A stretch of 60,452 bases of DNA, taken from sequence record SRR2962707_1499. One strand, given 5' to 3'. The number at the start of each line of letters is the position of its first letter. Position 1 is the first letter of the stretch. Under the pieces are notes generated by a model, which saw only the letters and a program-made list of their open reading frames with translations, did not search any database and was not told the DNA's origin. Below are positions 51,029 to 60,452 of this stretch, in pieces. The position numbers were made by a program, and so were the translations under genes.

Positions 51029-52921
51029 TTGACCCAACTCGATATCAACCAAGAAAAACCAGCATCTAGGGATCAAGACCCTCACCATAAGGTGACTACC
51101 TTGAACAGCGACAAAGACAAGCCTGGCTTAAACGCATTTTTACCTTTTCTACGCCCCTATCGCCTTCAGGTGATATACGCCTTAATCGCGTTAGTCATCA
51201 CCGCGGGAGCCATGCTGAGCCTGGGTAAAGGCGTGCAGTTTTTAATTGATAGAGGATTAGCCTCAGGCTCAGAAGCGGATTTAACCAAAGCCCTGTGGAT
51301 ATTTATGGGGCTAGTCATCTTACTAGGCGTTGGCAGCTTTTGCCGATTTTTTCTCGTCTCTTGGCTAGGTGAGCGGGTCGTTGCGGACATACGAAAAGCG
51401 ATCTTTGCCCACTTACTCACGCTCTCCCCGTCTTTTTTTGAAGACAATCCACCGAGTGAAATTCAATCGCGCATCACCTCAGACACCACCTTATTACAAA
51501 GCGTTATTGGCTCTTCGTTGTCGATCGCCTTACGCAGCAGCTTAATGTTGATCGGCGGCATTATTTTCCTACTCGTTATGCATTTTAAGCTGACCTTGAT
51601 CCTATTGGTTTGCGTGCCTTTTGTGGTGATACCTGTGTTGTATTTTGGCCGCCGAGTACGTCGTCTATCTCGCTATAGCCAAGACGAAATCGCCAATGTA
51701 GGACGTTACCTGTCTCAAGCTCTGCGTCACATTAAAGTCGTGCAGGCGTTCACCCATGAAAAACACGATGAACAACGCTTTTCTGCGGCGGTTGAGCAAG
51801 CGTTTGCTGTCAGCGTGAAGCGCATACTACAGCGTTCTTGGCTGGCTCTAATGGCCATTTTGCTGTCGATGGGCGGCATTGGAATCATGCTCTGGTTTGG
51901 TGGTAAAGATGTCATTTCTGGCGCCATTAGCGCGGGAGATCTGGCTAGCTTTTTGTTTTATTCGATTGTTGTCGCTGGTGCGGTGACGGCGTTATCTGAA
52001 GTCATGGGCGAACTGCAACGGGCAGCAGGCGCCACAGAACGCATTATGGAGTTGCTCAATGAGCGCAGCGTCATTGTCGGTGGACAGCAACCAGTCCCTA
52101 CGGTGCCAGAATCGAAAAGTATGCCTGAATCACAAAACACAGTGGGCGTTAACAACAGCCCAGAGGCACAAACAACGCCTTTGTTGACGTTACAGGATGT
52201 GACTTTTCGCTACCCAACACGACCAACGACAGCGGTCTTAAAACACCTCAATTTCTCAATACAACAAGGCGAAACTGTCGCCCTTGTCGGCCCTTCTGGC
52301 GCGGGTAAATCCACCCTCTTTGAGTTGCTATTAAGGTTCTATGATCCGCAGCAAGGGCAAGTTCGTTTTTCTGGGCAAGATATCAAAACCTTCGACCTTG
52401 GTGCTTGGCGTCAACAGCTGGCGTTAGTCCCTCAAGAAACCGCGTTGTTTGATCAAAGCGTGACAGACAACCTAGGTTATGCGAACCGCGATGCCAGTGA
52501 GAACGCCATTCAAAGTGCGGCGAAGCAATCCAATGCTCACGAGTTTATTCAACGTTTGGATAAAGCCTATGAGACGCGATTAGGGGAAGATGGTGTGCGC
52601 TTATCGGGCGGCCAAAGACAGCGCATTGCCATTGCTCGCGCCATTCTAAAAGACGCCCCTATCTTGTTGCTTGACGAAGCAACCAGTGCGCTGGATGCGC
52701 AAAGTGAGCACATGGTACAGGCCGCACTTGAACAGCTTATGATAGGACGAACCACCTTGGTGATTGCCCATCGCTTAGCCACAGTATTAAACGCTGACCG
52801 TATTATTGTGTTGGATCAAGGGGAAATAATTGCCCAAGGCACTCATTCCGAATTACTCGAAACATGCGCCTTGTACAAACGCCTAGCGGATTTGCAATTT
52901 GGTGAGCCGTCAGCGAATTAA
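51029..52921 (+). CDS. Fused ABC exporter (TM + NBD), MsbA-related; start uncertain
   Basis: Six TMs; GPSGAGKST, LSGGQRQR, LLLDEATSALD, IAHRL. Confidence 0.93.
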   Translation: MTQLDINQEKPASRDQDPHHKVTTLNSDKDKPGLNAFLPFLRPYRLQVIYALIALVITAGAMLSLGKGVQFLIDRGLASGSEADLTKALWIFMGLVILLGVGSFCRFFLVSWLGERVVADIRKAIFAHLLTLSPSFFEDNPPSEIQSRITSDTTLLQSVIGSSLSIALRSSLMLIGGIIFLLVMHFKLTLILLVCVPFVVIPVLYFGRRVRRLSRYSQDEIANVGRYLSQALRHIKVVQAFTHEKHDEQRFSAAVEQAFAVSVKRILQRSWLALMAILLSMGGIGIMLWFGGKDVISGAISAGDLASFLFYSIVVAGAVTALSEVMGELQRAAGATERIMELLNERSVIVGGQQPVPTVPESKSMPESQNTVGVNNSPEAQTTPLLTLQDVTFRYPTRPTTAVLKHLNFSIQQGETVALVGPSGAGKSTLFELLLRFYDPQQGQVRFSGQDIKTFDLGAWRQQLALVPQETALFDQSVTDNLGYANRDASENAIQSAAKQSNAHEFIQRLDKAYETRLGEDGVRLSGGQRQRIAIARAILKDAPILLLDEATSALDAQSEHMVQAALEQLMIGRTTLVIAHRLATVLNADRIIVLDQGEIIAQGTHSELLETCALYKRLADLQFGEPSAN

Positions 52922-52928
52922 TAAAGGC

Positions 52929-53390
52929 TTATTTGGCGGTGGCAGCTGACCCTAACTTGTTCAGCACCCCTGAGATTTTCTTAATAGCAGCGTCACAACC
53001 TTGAATATGGTGGCGCTCTTTAAGGTACTCTGGGTTGTTAAAAGACAACCAAACTTTTTGATTGGCGTCTTCGCTAATAAGCGCTTTTTGAGGCAGGTCA
53101 ATGGCCACATCTTGGGCACACTTCATCAAGGGCGTGCCCACTTTTGGGTTACCAAACAGAATCACTTGAGTCGGCCTTAGGGACAACCCCGCGCCTTCCG
53201 CATTTTTTTGGTGGTCAATTCGAGCAAACACATTCAAGCCTTTACTTTGTGCAATAGACGCAAAACGATCTGCGGTTTCTTGCACCGAATAATGGCTTTC
53301 ATAGCGCAATAAACTGTCTGCGGCATTGGCGGCAAAAGAAGACAATAGCGCCACAACGCCTAACGAAGCCACCTTGATTACTTTCATCAT
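52929..53390 (-). CDS. Secreted DUF302-like protein
   Basis: Signal peptide (ANA); FARIDH, FGNPKVGTPLM, DLPQK. Confidence 0.82.
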   Translation of the reverse strand: MMKVIKVASLGVVALLSSFAANAADSLLRYESHYSVQETADRFASIAQSKGLNVFARIDHQKNAEGAGLSLRPTQVILFGNPKVGTPLMKCAQDVAIDLPQKALISEDANQKVWLSFNNPEYLKERHHIQGCDAAIKKISGVLNKLGSAATAK

Positions 53391-53590
53391 AAAACCTCCC
53401 CTCCATAAGAACTAAGCTTACTAAGCCGATAACCTATCGGCTGTTGCACTGTTTTGTATCCGCTTCGTGTGAAGCTTATCGAACAATAGCACACTAAGCA
53501 TGGCAATATTCAAGGGGGAAACGGCTAAATAATAGCCAATGAATGCAAAGACCACAGGACTGATTAAAGTTTGCAGAGCAAAAAGATCGA

Positions 53591-53887
53591 TTAGTTTTTT
53601 CGTTTATGCAGCTTGCGTTTGACAGCAGCCGACAGCGTCATTACTAACAGAGCCAAAAGCATAGGTACGCCAATCAGCACCAACTCTTTGACAAAGGGTA
53701 AGACATACATCAAGACAGCCGGAATGTTAGGCTTGCCTTCTCCATCCCCGCCATGTGTGTAACCTTGCTGATTAATCTGCTCAGCCCAGCTGGTCAGATC
53801 CAACATCGCCAATAAACCAGCCACTGCAAGAGAAACAAGCAAAATAATCGTAAAACGCGACTTCCAGTGATAGCTTAAATATTTCAT
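53591..53887 (-). CDS. Small two-TM membrane protein
   Basis: Two hydrophobic segments; 4-nt overlap with upstream gene. Confidence 0.7.
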   Translation of the reverse strand: MKYLSYHWKSRFTIILLVSLAVAGLLAMLDLTSWAEQINQQGYTHGGDGEGKPNIPAVLMYVLPFVKELVLIGVPMLLALLVMTLSAAVKRKLHKRKN

Positions 53888-54354
53888 AACGCCACTCCTT
53901 TGGCGGACATTTTCTTCGTCAGATTAACGATCCAACGCCAATGCAACGCTAAATGAACACCAATAACAGGCATGATCAAAGACGCAAATTCGTTATGAAC
54001 CTTAGACCAAAAATCTTGTATGGAGATCGTGATATGAAGCACAGGCAATAACGACACAGACACTAAAAATCCGCTCACAAAAACCAACAGCATCATGATG
54101 TATAAGAGGTAATTCAGAATGGTGCTAAAGCGCTCTTTAAAGGTCGAGCGCAATAAAAAAAGCCGTGCGCTTTTTTTGATCCAATCCCAATGCAGCAGTA
54201 AATGAATCGCAAAAGGCACCACAAACAATAAGCTTCCCCACTCATGCAATAGAATGCCTGTCGATTGCGGTGCTGAAATTATCATAAAACTCACAATCAG
54301 CAGAACGTCCATAACATAACGCGTTTTCTGCAAGTTTTGCTTCCAATCTGACAT
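53884..54354 (-). CDS. Four-TM His-containing membrane protein (DUF4405 / cytochrome b-like)
   Basis: Duplicated motif HEW...HLLLHWDWI and HNE...HLALHWRWI. Confidence 0.72.
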   Translation of the reverse strand: MSDWKQNLQKTRYVMDVLLIVSFMIISAPQSTGILLHEWGSLLFVVPFAIHLLLHWDWIKKSARLFLLRSTFKERFSTILNYLLYIMMLLVFVSGFLVSVSLLPVLHITISIQDFWSKVHNEFASLIMPVIGVHLALHWRWIVNLTKKMSAKGVAL

Positions 54355-54480
54355 GACTTCATTAACCTTAAAAAGTAATCATTTTTTTACTGAACAACTG
54401 ACGTTCTACGCAGTCATAAGTCTTTTACATGCAAAACGCTTGTCTGGCATTTTGGTTGCATGATTAAGGCCAATAAAATA

Positions 54481-54529
54481 GAGTTGATAACGTCATATAT
54501 CCTACCAAAATAGATGACAAAATCAACTA
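54481..54529. promoter_or_regulatory. Two putative MarR operators in divergent promoter
   Basis: GAGTTGAT-AAC-GTCATATA (54481-54499) and TAGATGAC-AAA-ATCAACTA (54511-54529), imperfect 8-3-8 palindromes. Confidence 0.6.
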
Positions 54530-54556
54530 AAAACCTTTAACCCACGTGGAGCTTTT

Positions 54557-54991
54557 GTGAACTTAAATGAAGCGCTTTTTAGCTTAATACACACTGTTCG
54601 TAACACCATGATTCAACAGTTAAAATCATTAGATATGAACTTGTCTCCAATGCATTTAAAGTCATTAAAAGCGGTCTCTAAAATCGAACAATGCACAGGT
54701 CAAAAACTGGCGGATTTTATGGGCAGAGATAAGGCACAAGTGAACCGTTTGATTAAAGAGTTGGTGAACCAAGAATTGCTCATCAAGAAAGACAATGAGA
54801 AGGACAAACGCAGCCAATTACTCATCTTAGCGGCCAGCGGAGAAGCGTTAATAGAAGAGTTTAACAAGGTGGAAAACGAAGTGTTTAGCGCAATGGCATC
54901 AGAACTAGAGCCTGATCAAATTGAAAGTTTTATTCAGATTACGCAAACGTTCAAATCCAACCTTGATGCCGCTTATGGGAAAAAGAACTAG
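54557..54991 (+). CDS. MarR-family regulator
   Basis: DKAQVNRLIKEL wHTH, DKRS wing motif. Confidence 0.92.
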   Translation: MNLNEALFSLIHTVRNTMIQQLKSLDMNLSPMHLKSLKAVSKIEQCTGQKLADFMGRDKAQVNRLIKELVNQELLIKKDNEKDKRSQLLILAASGEALIEEFNKVENEVFSAMASELEPDQIESFIQITQTFKSNLDAAYGKKN

Positions 54992-55015
54992 CGCTTAAGA
55001 GACGACTTTTTAGAC

Positions 55016-55053
55016 ATAGCACCTCACTAAAAGCGATTAGTATGAGGTGCTAT
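55016..55053. terminator. Inverted repeat between convergent genes
   Basis: ATAGCACCTCA...TGAGGTGCTAT (11-bp stem). Confidence 0.65.
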
Positions 55054-55092
55054 TGGATGACATTATTCGATAAAATCGTTTGAATTAAACCG

Positions 55093-55377
55093 TTAAGATT
55101 TTTTCAGAGATTTCATAAACTCGGAAAAATGCGGTCTAAACTCTTGAAAAATTTCATGTTTTGAGTTTCTCAGCATCACTTCCCCAAACAGCTTAATACC
55201 AAGTGCTAACTCCCTGGCATCGCTCTCATCTAGATCGATCTTTCCTTTCATCGTCTCAACGATTTTAAAAATATCATCGTGATTACGGGTTTCAAACTCT
55301 AATGGGCTGGCCTCCACTGCATTGCCTTTAGGATCCTCAAGATGTTCGATAGTAAATTTGTATAAATGACCTTTCAT
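55093..55377 (-). CDS. DUF3861-like protein
   Basis: NHDDIFKIV, GIKLFGEVM, FMKSLK; GGAGG before ATG 55377. Confidence 0.8.
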   Translation of the reverse strand: MKGHLYKFTIEHLEDPKGNAVEASPLEFETRNHDDIFKIVETMKGKIDLDESDARELALGIKLFGEVMLRNSKHEIFQEFRPHFSEFMKSLKKS

Positions 55378-55576
55378 AGTGCCTCCGCTGCGCGTATACA
55401 TGCTGTCAAATTAAAGGTTGGCGAATCAAATGAACGGCAAACAACGCCAACAAATTTTGTCTTGCCTACTCCCTTGTTAGGTGCAAAAAAATCAAAAACA
55501 ACGGGCGTGACATTTTTAATCTAAATTGCCAACCTTCATACCATCAACCAAGCAGTGGAAAATCCAAAGGGGACCG

Positions 55577-56023
55577 TCAAAGCCAACGACGCACTCTGGC
55601 GCAATAGTTCTGATACTCTTCTCCGAATTTTTCCGTTAACGCAGCCTCTTCTGGCTTGATCTGAAAATACGATAAATACACGACAAAACCAACAATGGGC
55701 AAAACCACCCACAGCGTATTCAACCAAAATGCACCGCCAACTAAGATCATAGCCAACGACAAATACATGGGATTACGCGAGTATTGAAACACCCCAGACA
55801 CTACCAAGACATTAGCCTTGTTGGGCTTATGAGGGTTCACCGTTGTCTTTGATTGGGTAAACGACAGAACCGCAGAAACAGCAATGACAGCGGCAAGCAG
55901 CCAAATGGCATAACTCAATACCAATGACCAACCAGAAGCCTCAAAATGGAAACCAGATAAGGCAAGCATGATGACCGCAACAACGAGAAAAATAACAAGA
56001 GGGGGGATTTTTAAGGCAAGCAT
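55577..56023 (-). CDS. Isoprenylcysteine carboxyl methyltransferase (Ste14/PEMT)-family membrane protein
   Basis: KIPP, SRNPMY, EEAAL..KFG..Y..Y...VRRW. Confidence 0.88.
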   Translation of the reverse strand: MLALKIPPLVIFLVVAVIMLALSGFHFEASGWSLVLSYAIWLLAAVIAVSAVLSFTQSKTTVNPHKPNKANVLVVSGVFQYSRNPMYLSLAMILVGGAFWLNTLWVVLPIVGFVVYLSYFQIKPEEAALTEKFGEEYQNYCARVRRWL

Positions 56024-56193
56024 AGTCATTCCTTTGAGATCTATTGGCGATAGGAAAAGGAAACAAAAGACACTGTAAAAGGCGCCTTTATTCCGCAACT
56101 AGATCATCACTTTATTCCTGCCATTCAGAAAAGCCAAGCGCTATATTTGGCTCTCAAAAACGCATTTCTGTACGCTGAACACTTACCTATTTA

Positions 56194-56484
56194 CTAAGGC
56201 GTCAGATGAAGCATTCCACCAACCATTAACATAAAGCCAATCAAAACAGGCGAGGTGACGATACCCACAGCAATAAGTACAAACGCAAAAAGGTTGAGGC
56301 CAATGCCAGATATATTCATCTGTAAAAGGGCACCCAGTAGGCCGAAAATAGCAATCAAGGCCGCCAGCGGAACAAACACAACACTCAGCATTAAAATGCC
56401 CAACGCAGCAAACACACAAGCAAGGATACCTGCAGTACTGCCCGCGTTATTTGCTTTTACATAAACCACTTCTCGCTCAGCCAT
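56194..56484 (-). CDS. Small hydrophobic membrane protein
   Basis: AAGGA RBS; nearly entirely hydrophobic 96 aa. Confidence 0.65.
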   Translation of the reverse strand: MAEREVVYVKANNAGSTAGILACVFAALGILMLSVVFVPLAALIAIFGLLGALLQMNISGIGLNLFAFVLIAVGIVTSPVLIGFMLMVGGMLHLTP

Positions 56485-56703
56485 GGTATTTCCTTAAGGT
56501 ATTGATAGGAAAACCATTGTAGTCAGATCGCAGCCAGATAAGAATCAAACAAGGGTAATTCCATGTTGTAGAAATGTTAACGCGATCGAAAAAGCGATAA
56601 GTCGATTGCGCTAGGAATCATAGAAAAAAGCGCGTCTTAAGCCTAGCAGGGAAGCACAAAACACTGCGAGTTGGCAGCTTTCAAGTATTGCCACAAACAG
56701 GCG

Positions 56704-58224
56704 CTATAAGGCTTTGGATGGGGTATCTTCAGAAAAATAATAGACGCTATTACGACCTTCTGTTTTTGCCTGATACATGGCTTGGTCGGCACTTTTAAGC
56801 AAACCATCAATGCTCACGCCATCATCAGGGTAAAACGCAATGCCGATACTCGCCGTGCAATACACGCTTTCCCCTTGGATCACATAAGGCTCCGCAAGGG
56901 CCTGCAGTAAGGTATTGCCAATCATGTCTATTTCAGTCGGCGCGGTGCCAGAAAACACAATGATAAATTCGTCTCCACCCAAGCGCGCAGCGATATCACT
57001 CTTTCTAATGCACGCTTGAATACGTTTCGAACACTCGACCAACACACTGTCGCCAGCACCATGACCTAGGGTGTCATTCACATGTTTAAACTTATCAAGA
57101 TCCAACATAGTGATGGCCAGCTGCCTCTTCTCTCGCTGGGCGGCATTGATTGACGCAGCCAGGTGCTCTTGAAGCAGGTTGCGGTTAGGCAAACCGGTTA
57201 AGTTGTCGTAATTGGCTTGCCGCCAAATTATTCTATCTGCTTTTTCTCGTTCAATGGCAATACGAGCAAGATTGACAAACTGCTCAATCAATTTAAATTC
57301 AGAGACTTTGGGGGTGAGCTGTTTACGATAAAAAATATCGAAGCTGCCCAGCACATTACCCTGATTGCCTAATATAGGCTCAGACCAACACGATGCTAAT
57401 TGCGCCGACTTCGCCGCCTTTTGCAAAGTGGGCCAATCAGAATAAGCCGCTATGTCTTCGATAATAACGCGAGCGCCTGTCGCGGCGGCATAACCTGCAT
57501 CAGGGCGAATCTCCAACTCTTTTATCGCGTTATGATAAGCCTCTGGCAAGCTCGGCGCTGCCCCTAAGGTTAAGCGTTTGCCGGTTTTATCAAGCAATAA
57601 AATGCCACATCTGGCGTCAGGAAATTCGTTTTCAATGGCTTTTACTATGGAGGAAAGCACCTTGGATAACGTGCTGGAGCTGGCAATCAACTCGAGAATC
57701 GTATTGTGATGTTGGTTGATTTGGTCTTTTTCCAATAGTTGACGATTTTTATTTTGCATAAAAACCGAAAAGATTAGCGCAAATATATTGGTCACGATAA
57801 AGGCCGCGACCAAACGAGGCAGGGTAAAACTGTCAAACTGCTCATAAATTAAGAGACAGCCTATTGTAATCAATAGAAAGTTAAACACACCAGCAATCAG
57901 AGTCGGCAGTAAATAAAAGCTAGCGATTATGATAGGAAATAACCAATAAATTAACGCCACACCTTTTATATAAATACCGATTAAGATAGTAACTTGCGCA
58001 AGAATGGCAAAAATGGCGCTAAAAAGTGGCACATTGCTGGTAAACCAAACGCCTAAAAAAATGGCAAAAATACCGCCTACCGCAGCAAAATCAACCGCTA
58101 TATGCGCTGTATCCCCAGCCATCATACTCATGATCAGAAAAGGCGATAGAACCAAGGTCGCTGTCGCCGTAATGGCAAGCAAGATCTTATCTTCTAGAGT
58201 GCGGTTCTCCATTTTGACGGTCAT
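56704..58224 (-). CDS. Membrane diguanylate cyclase (multi-TM + GAF + GGDEF)
   Basis: DNLTGLPNR, DLDKFK.VNDTLGH, RKSD I-site five residues before GGDEF; GAF SCWSEPI. Confidence 0.93.
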   Translation of the reverse strand: MTVKMENRTLEDKILLAITATATLVLSPFLIMSMMAGDTAHIAVDFAAVGGIFAIFLGVWFTSNVPLFSAIFAILAQVTILIGIYIKGVALIYWLFPIIIASFYLLPTLIAGVFNFLLITIGCLLIYEQFDSFTLPRLVAAFIVTNIFALIFSVFMQNKNRQLLEKDQINQHHNTILELIASSSTLSKVLSSIVKAIENEFPDARCGILLLDKTGKRLTLGAAPSLPEAYHNAIKELEIRPDAGYAAATGARVIIEDIAAYSDWPTLQKAAKSAQLASCWSEPILGNQGNVLGSFDIFYRKQLTPKVSEFKLIEQFVNLARIAIEREKADRIIWRQANYDNLTGLPNRNLLQEHLAASINAAQREKRQLAITMLDLDKFKHVNDTLGHGAGDSVLVECSKRIQACIRKSDIAARLGGDEFIIVFSGTAPTEIDMIGNTLLQALAEPYVIQGESVYCTASIGIAFYPDDGVSIDGLLKSADQAMYQAKTEGRNSVYYFSEDTPSKAL

Positions 58225-58410
58225 ATTTGATTCGCTTCCTATGCGGGGGCACAACGATGCCTACTTTTCACTCAATAAATACTCCATTCTTCACCAGTGG
58301 CTACTGTCCGTCAATCCTACTATGGGAGATATAGCAGGAATATAGCGCGAATACCCAAAAGAAAAGACGCTATACCTGACTAGGATCTACTTTCTAGAAT
58401 AAGCTTTATT

Positions 58411-58430
58411 GGTTATGATAATCATTATCA
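58411..58430. promoter_or_regulatory. Fur box
   Basis: GGTTATGATAATCATTATC matches GATAATGATAATCATTATC at 17/19; perfect 7-1-7 TGATAAT-C-ATTATCA. Confidence 0.88.
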
Positions 58431-58449
58431 AAAATAAACCAATCCTATT

Positions 58450-59652
58450 ATGCCTATGATGAGCGCCGCAGTCTTAACAAAACATTATTACTTTGTGCAC
58501 AGTGCGTTTGCCAACAAACGCATGATACTTCCGTTGCTGTTGTGCGTGCTTTGGCTCATACCAGAAGGTCAAAGCTTGGTAACTTCGGTGTTGGCCGAGG
58601 CCTTCTTGCAAGTCTCAGCGTTTGTGGCCTTTACCTTGGCCCTGTATTACGGCCTCAGTCACCACTTTGACTCTTCTCGACTACAAGGTTGGATGCAACA
58701 AAAACCCTATCGTGAAGTCTTTTTCGCAGGCCTAATGGGAGTGTTACCAGGATGTGGTGGTGCGATTGTCATTATCACCCAATACACGCAAGGTAAAATC
58801 GGCTTCGGTGCCGTGGTCGCGGTACTGACCAGCACCATGGGCGATGCGGCTTTTCTACTGATTAGCCAAAGACCAGAAGACGCTGCCATAGTGCTCCCTA
58901 TCAGCATAGTGGTTGGTATTGTTTCAGGCTTAATCACCAATGCGTTTCTGCCTGCGCCAGCATTAGAATGCAAGCAAACAGGCTCAGCATGGTCGCCAAA
59001 TACAACGCCTGAGCCGAATCCATTTGAGCTTTGGGTGAGTCGCTTAAGCGTGGCCTTTTGGTGTCTGCTCATTCTACCAGCCAGTGCGGTCGCCCTATTG
59101 ATTGCCATGCAATACGATGCGAATACCCTCCTGAGATTACCAGAGCAATCCATTGAATTATTTGGCAGCGTGGCTGGCTTTGTCTGCTTATTGCTCTGGG
59201 CGTTAAGCGCGAAGACCGACCGCTACTCAGAACTCACCAAAGAAAATGATAACCCATTGCCAAAGCACTGGATTCGAAAAGTCGCCCAAGACACTCAATT
59301 TGTCACCAGCTGGGTGGTGGTCGCCTTTGTCGTTTTTGAAGTGGTGTTGCGCTATTTCGGAGATGGTATTCTGCAGTCACTACAAGAATGGGGCAGCGCG
59401 TCTATCTTCTTCGCAGCCATGATTGGTCTACTACCAGGGTGTGGCCCGCAGATCATGGTGACTGGCTTGTACTTACAAGGAGCGATTCCACTTTCCGCGC
59501 AACTTGCCAACGCCATTAGTAACGATGGTGACGCCCTATTCCCTGCCATTGCCTTGGCCCCAAAAGCGGCACTACTTGCAACCCTCTACTCGACCGCACC
59601 TGCGCTTGTTGCGGGCTATGGGTATTATTGGCTTATTGAAAGCAGTGTTTAG
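58450..59652 (+). CDS. Putative metal (Mn/Fe) transporter, DUF2899-like
   Basis: Internal duplication LPGCGG..TMGDA / LPGCGPQ..SNDGDA; about 10 TMs. Confidence 0.8.
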   Translation: MPMMSAAVLTKHYYFVHSAFANKRMILPLLLCVLWLIPEGQSLVTSVLAEAFLQVSAFVAFTLALYYGLSHHFDSSRLQGWMQQKPYREVFFAGLMGVLPGCGGAIVIITQYTQGKIGFGAVVAVLTSTMGDAAFLLISQRPEDAAIVLPISIVVGIVSGLITNAFLPAPALECKQTGSAWSPNTTPEPNPFELWVSRLSVAFWCLLILPASAVALLIAMQYDANTLLRLPEQSIELFGSVAGFVCLLLWALSAKTDRYSELTKENDNPLPKHWIRKVAQDTQFVTSWVVVAFVVFEVVLRYFGDGILQSLQEWGSASIFFAAMIGLLPGCGPQIMVTGLYLQGAIPLSAQLANAISNDGDALFPAIALAPKAALLATLYSTAPALVAGYGYYWLIESSV

Positions 59653-59683
59653 CGCGCCCTTTTACCGCGTTCAAACAAGCTTG

Positions 59684-60002
59684 CTAGCAACCGTAATCCC
59701 GCTCTACCTTTGAGATGCGCACTTTAAACGACGCATACCAAGATTCACGACCGGTTTTTTTGCGCGGCCAAATGCTCTGCATTCGCTTTCCAGCGCTTAA
59801 TAGACGCTAAATCTGCCCAGTAAGAGACGGTTATTCCTACTTCTTCCCGCGCTGATTCAACCCCTAAAAAGCCCGGCTGCTGCTGTGCGAGCTCGACCAT
59901 TCGCATCGCCATTTCACCATAACCATTTTCCCCTTCGGTGCGTATCGAAGTGAAAATCACCGCATAGTAAGGCGGCTTGGGAGTACTCGCTATAAAAGAC
60001 AT
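59684..60002 (-). pseudogene. Antibiotic-biosynthesis-monooxygenase (ABM) family gene with +1 frameshift
   Basis: PPYYAVIFTS, PGFLGVES, ITVSYW; the C-terminus GRESWYASFKVRISKVERDYGC* continues in another frame after an A7 run. Confidence 0.8.
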
Positions 60003-60068
60003 GCATACTTCTCTTGTTGGATTAAACACAGGCAATCCGCCTCACCACCTAGTGAGAATGCCCTAAGA

Positions 60069-60317
60069 TCACGACTGAAAACTCACTTCCGTAAAGTGTG
60101 GGTTATCTATGGTTATCGCAAGCTTAACCAACGCCGCGAGTACCACCAACTGAACCCCATTATCCGTCTGTATTTTTATACACTCGGCACGGTTTTCATT
60201 GCGCGCCGTATCCAACGCAACACCCTCTATCCACCCCCCTGAGGCCATCGTTAACCTAATCGGGTAATGGAATAAGCAAACGATCTCAACATAATCGTAT
60301 TCGTGGCAAGTAATCAT
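60069..60317 (-). CDS. rof: Rho-binding antiterminator Rof/YaeO
   Basis: MITCHEYDYVEIVCLFHYPIRL...NPHF. Confidence 0.85.
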   Translation of the reverse strand: MITCHEYDYVEIVCLFHYPIRLTMASGGWIEGVALDTARNENRAECIKIQTDNGVQLVVLAALVKLAITIDNPHFTEVSFQS

Positions 60318-60452
60318 AAGGAGTCTCTAATAAAATGCATGATCGTAAAACCATAATGCACCATACGAAAAAAACGACCAACAGCTTATCCAGCCTTATC
60401 ACCAAATCATTGACTATAAGCAAGCTTATAAAACTAGCCAGCTTATAAAACT

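Noticed and set aside
52080-52180. Pro/Ser-rich insertion (VPESKSMPESQ...SPEAQ) between TM and NBD of the ABC exporter
   Set aside because: Variable linker; no evidence of separate function
1054-59713. Numerous short antisense or overlapping ORFs in the six-frame track (e.g. 3072-3563, 4526-5032, 15044-15685, 58707-59153)
   Set aside because: They lie within well-supported genes, show no recognisable motifs, and are typical shadow ORFs
49400-60452. Integron, genomic island or prophage explanation for the small-gene region
   Set aside because: No integrase, transposase, tRNA or repeated attC seen; genes have mixed orientations and their own regulatory sites
1-60452. CRISPR arrays, rRNA, tRNA, IS elements
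   Set aside because: No regularly spaced repeats, cloverleaf/rRNA signatures or transposase ORFs noticed

Overview
Chromosomal window from a marine gammaproteobacterium; the gene set and order suggest Marinomonas/Oceanospirillales (inference). 1-33.9 kb (minus strand) is a polar-flagellum/chemotaxis cluster: fleQ'-fleS-fleR-fliEFGHIJ-[four-gene insert]-fliK-fliLMNOPQR-flhB-flhA-flhF-fliA-cheYZAB-motCD-ParA-like-CheW-like. 34-46 kb holds bioBFHCD / comF-bioA with a BirA operator, pomAB and xseB-ispA-dxs. 46-60 kb is a mix of small accessory genes. Two things stand out. (1) The flagellar hierarchy looks rewired: FleQ is a 167-aa protein without its AAA+ domain, fleN/flhG is missing from its slot, and I found a sigma54 motif only before fliK. 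(2) Between fliJ and fliK sits an intact but heavily degenerated chemosensory module (pseudo-CheA-CheW fusion plus Aer2-like pseudo-receptor). It is coupled to a STAS / PP2C-kinase partner switch whose receiver has lost its Asp, and there is no Hpt gene. All family assignments are from motif recognition by eye; no searches were run.
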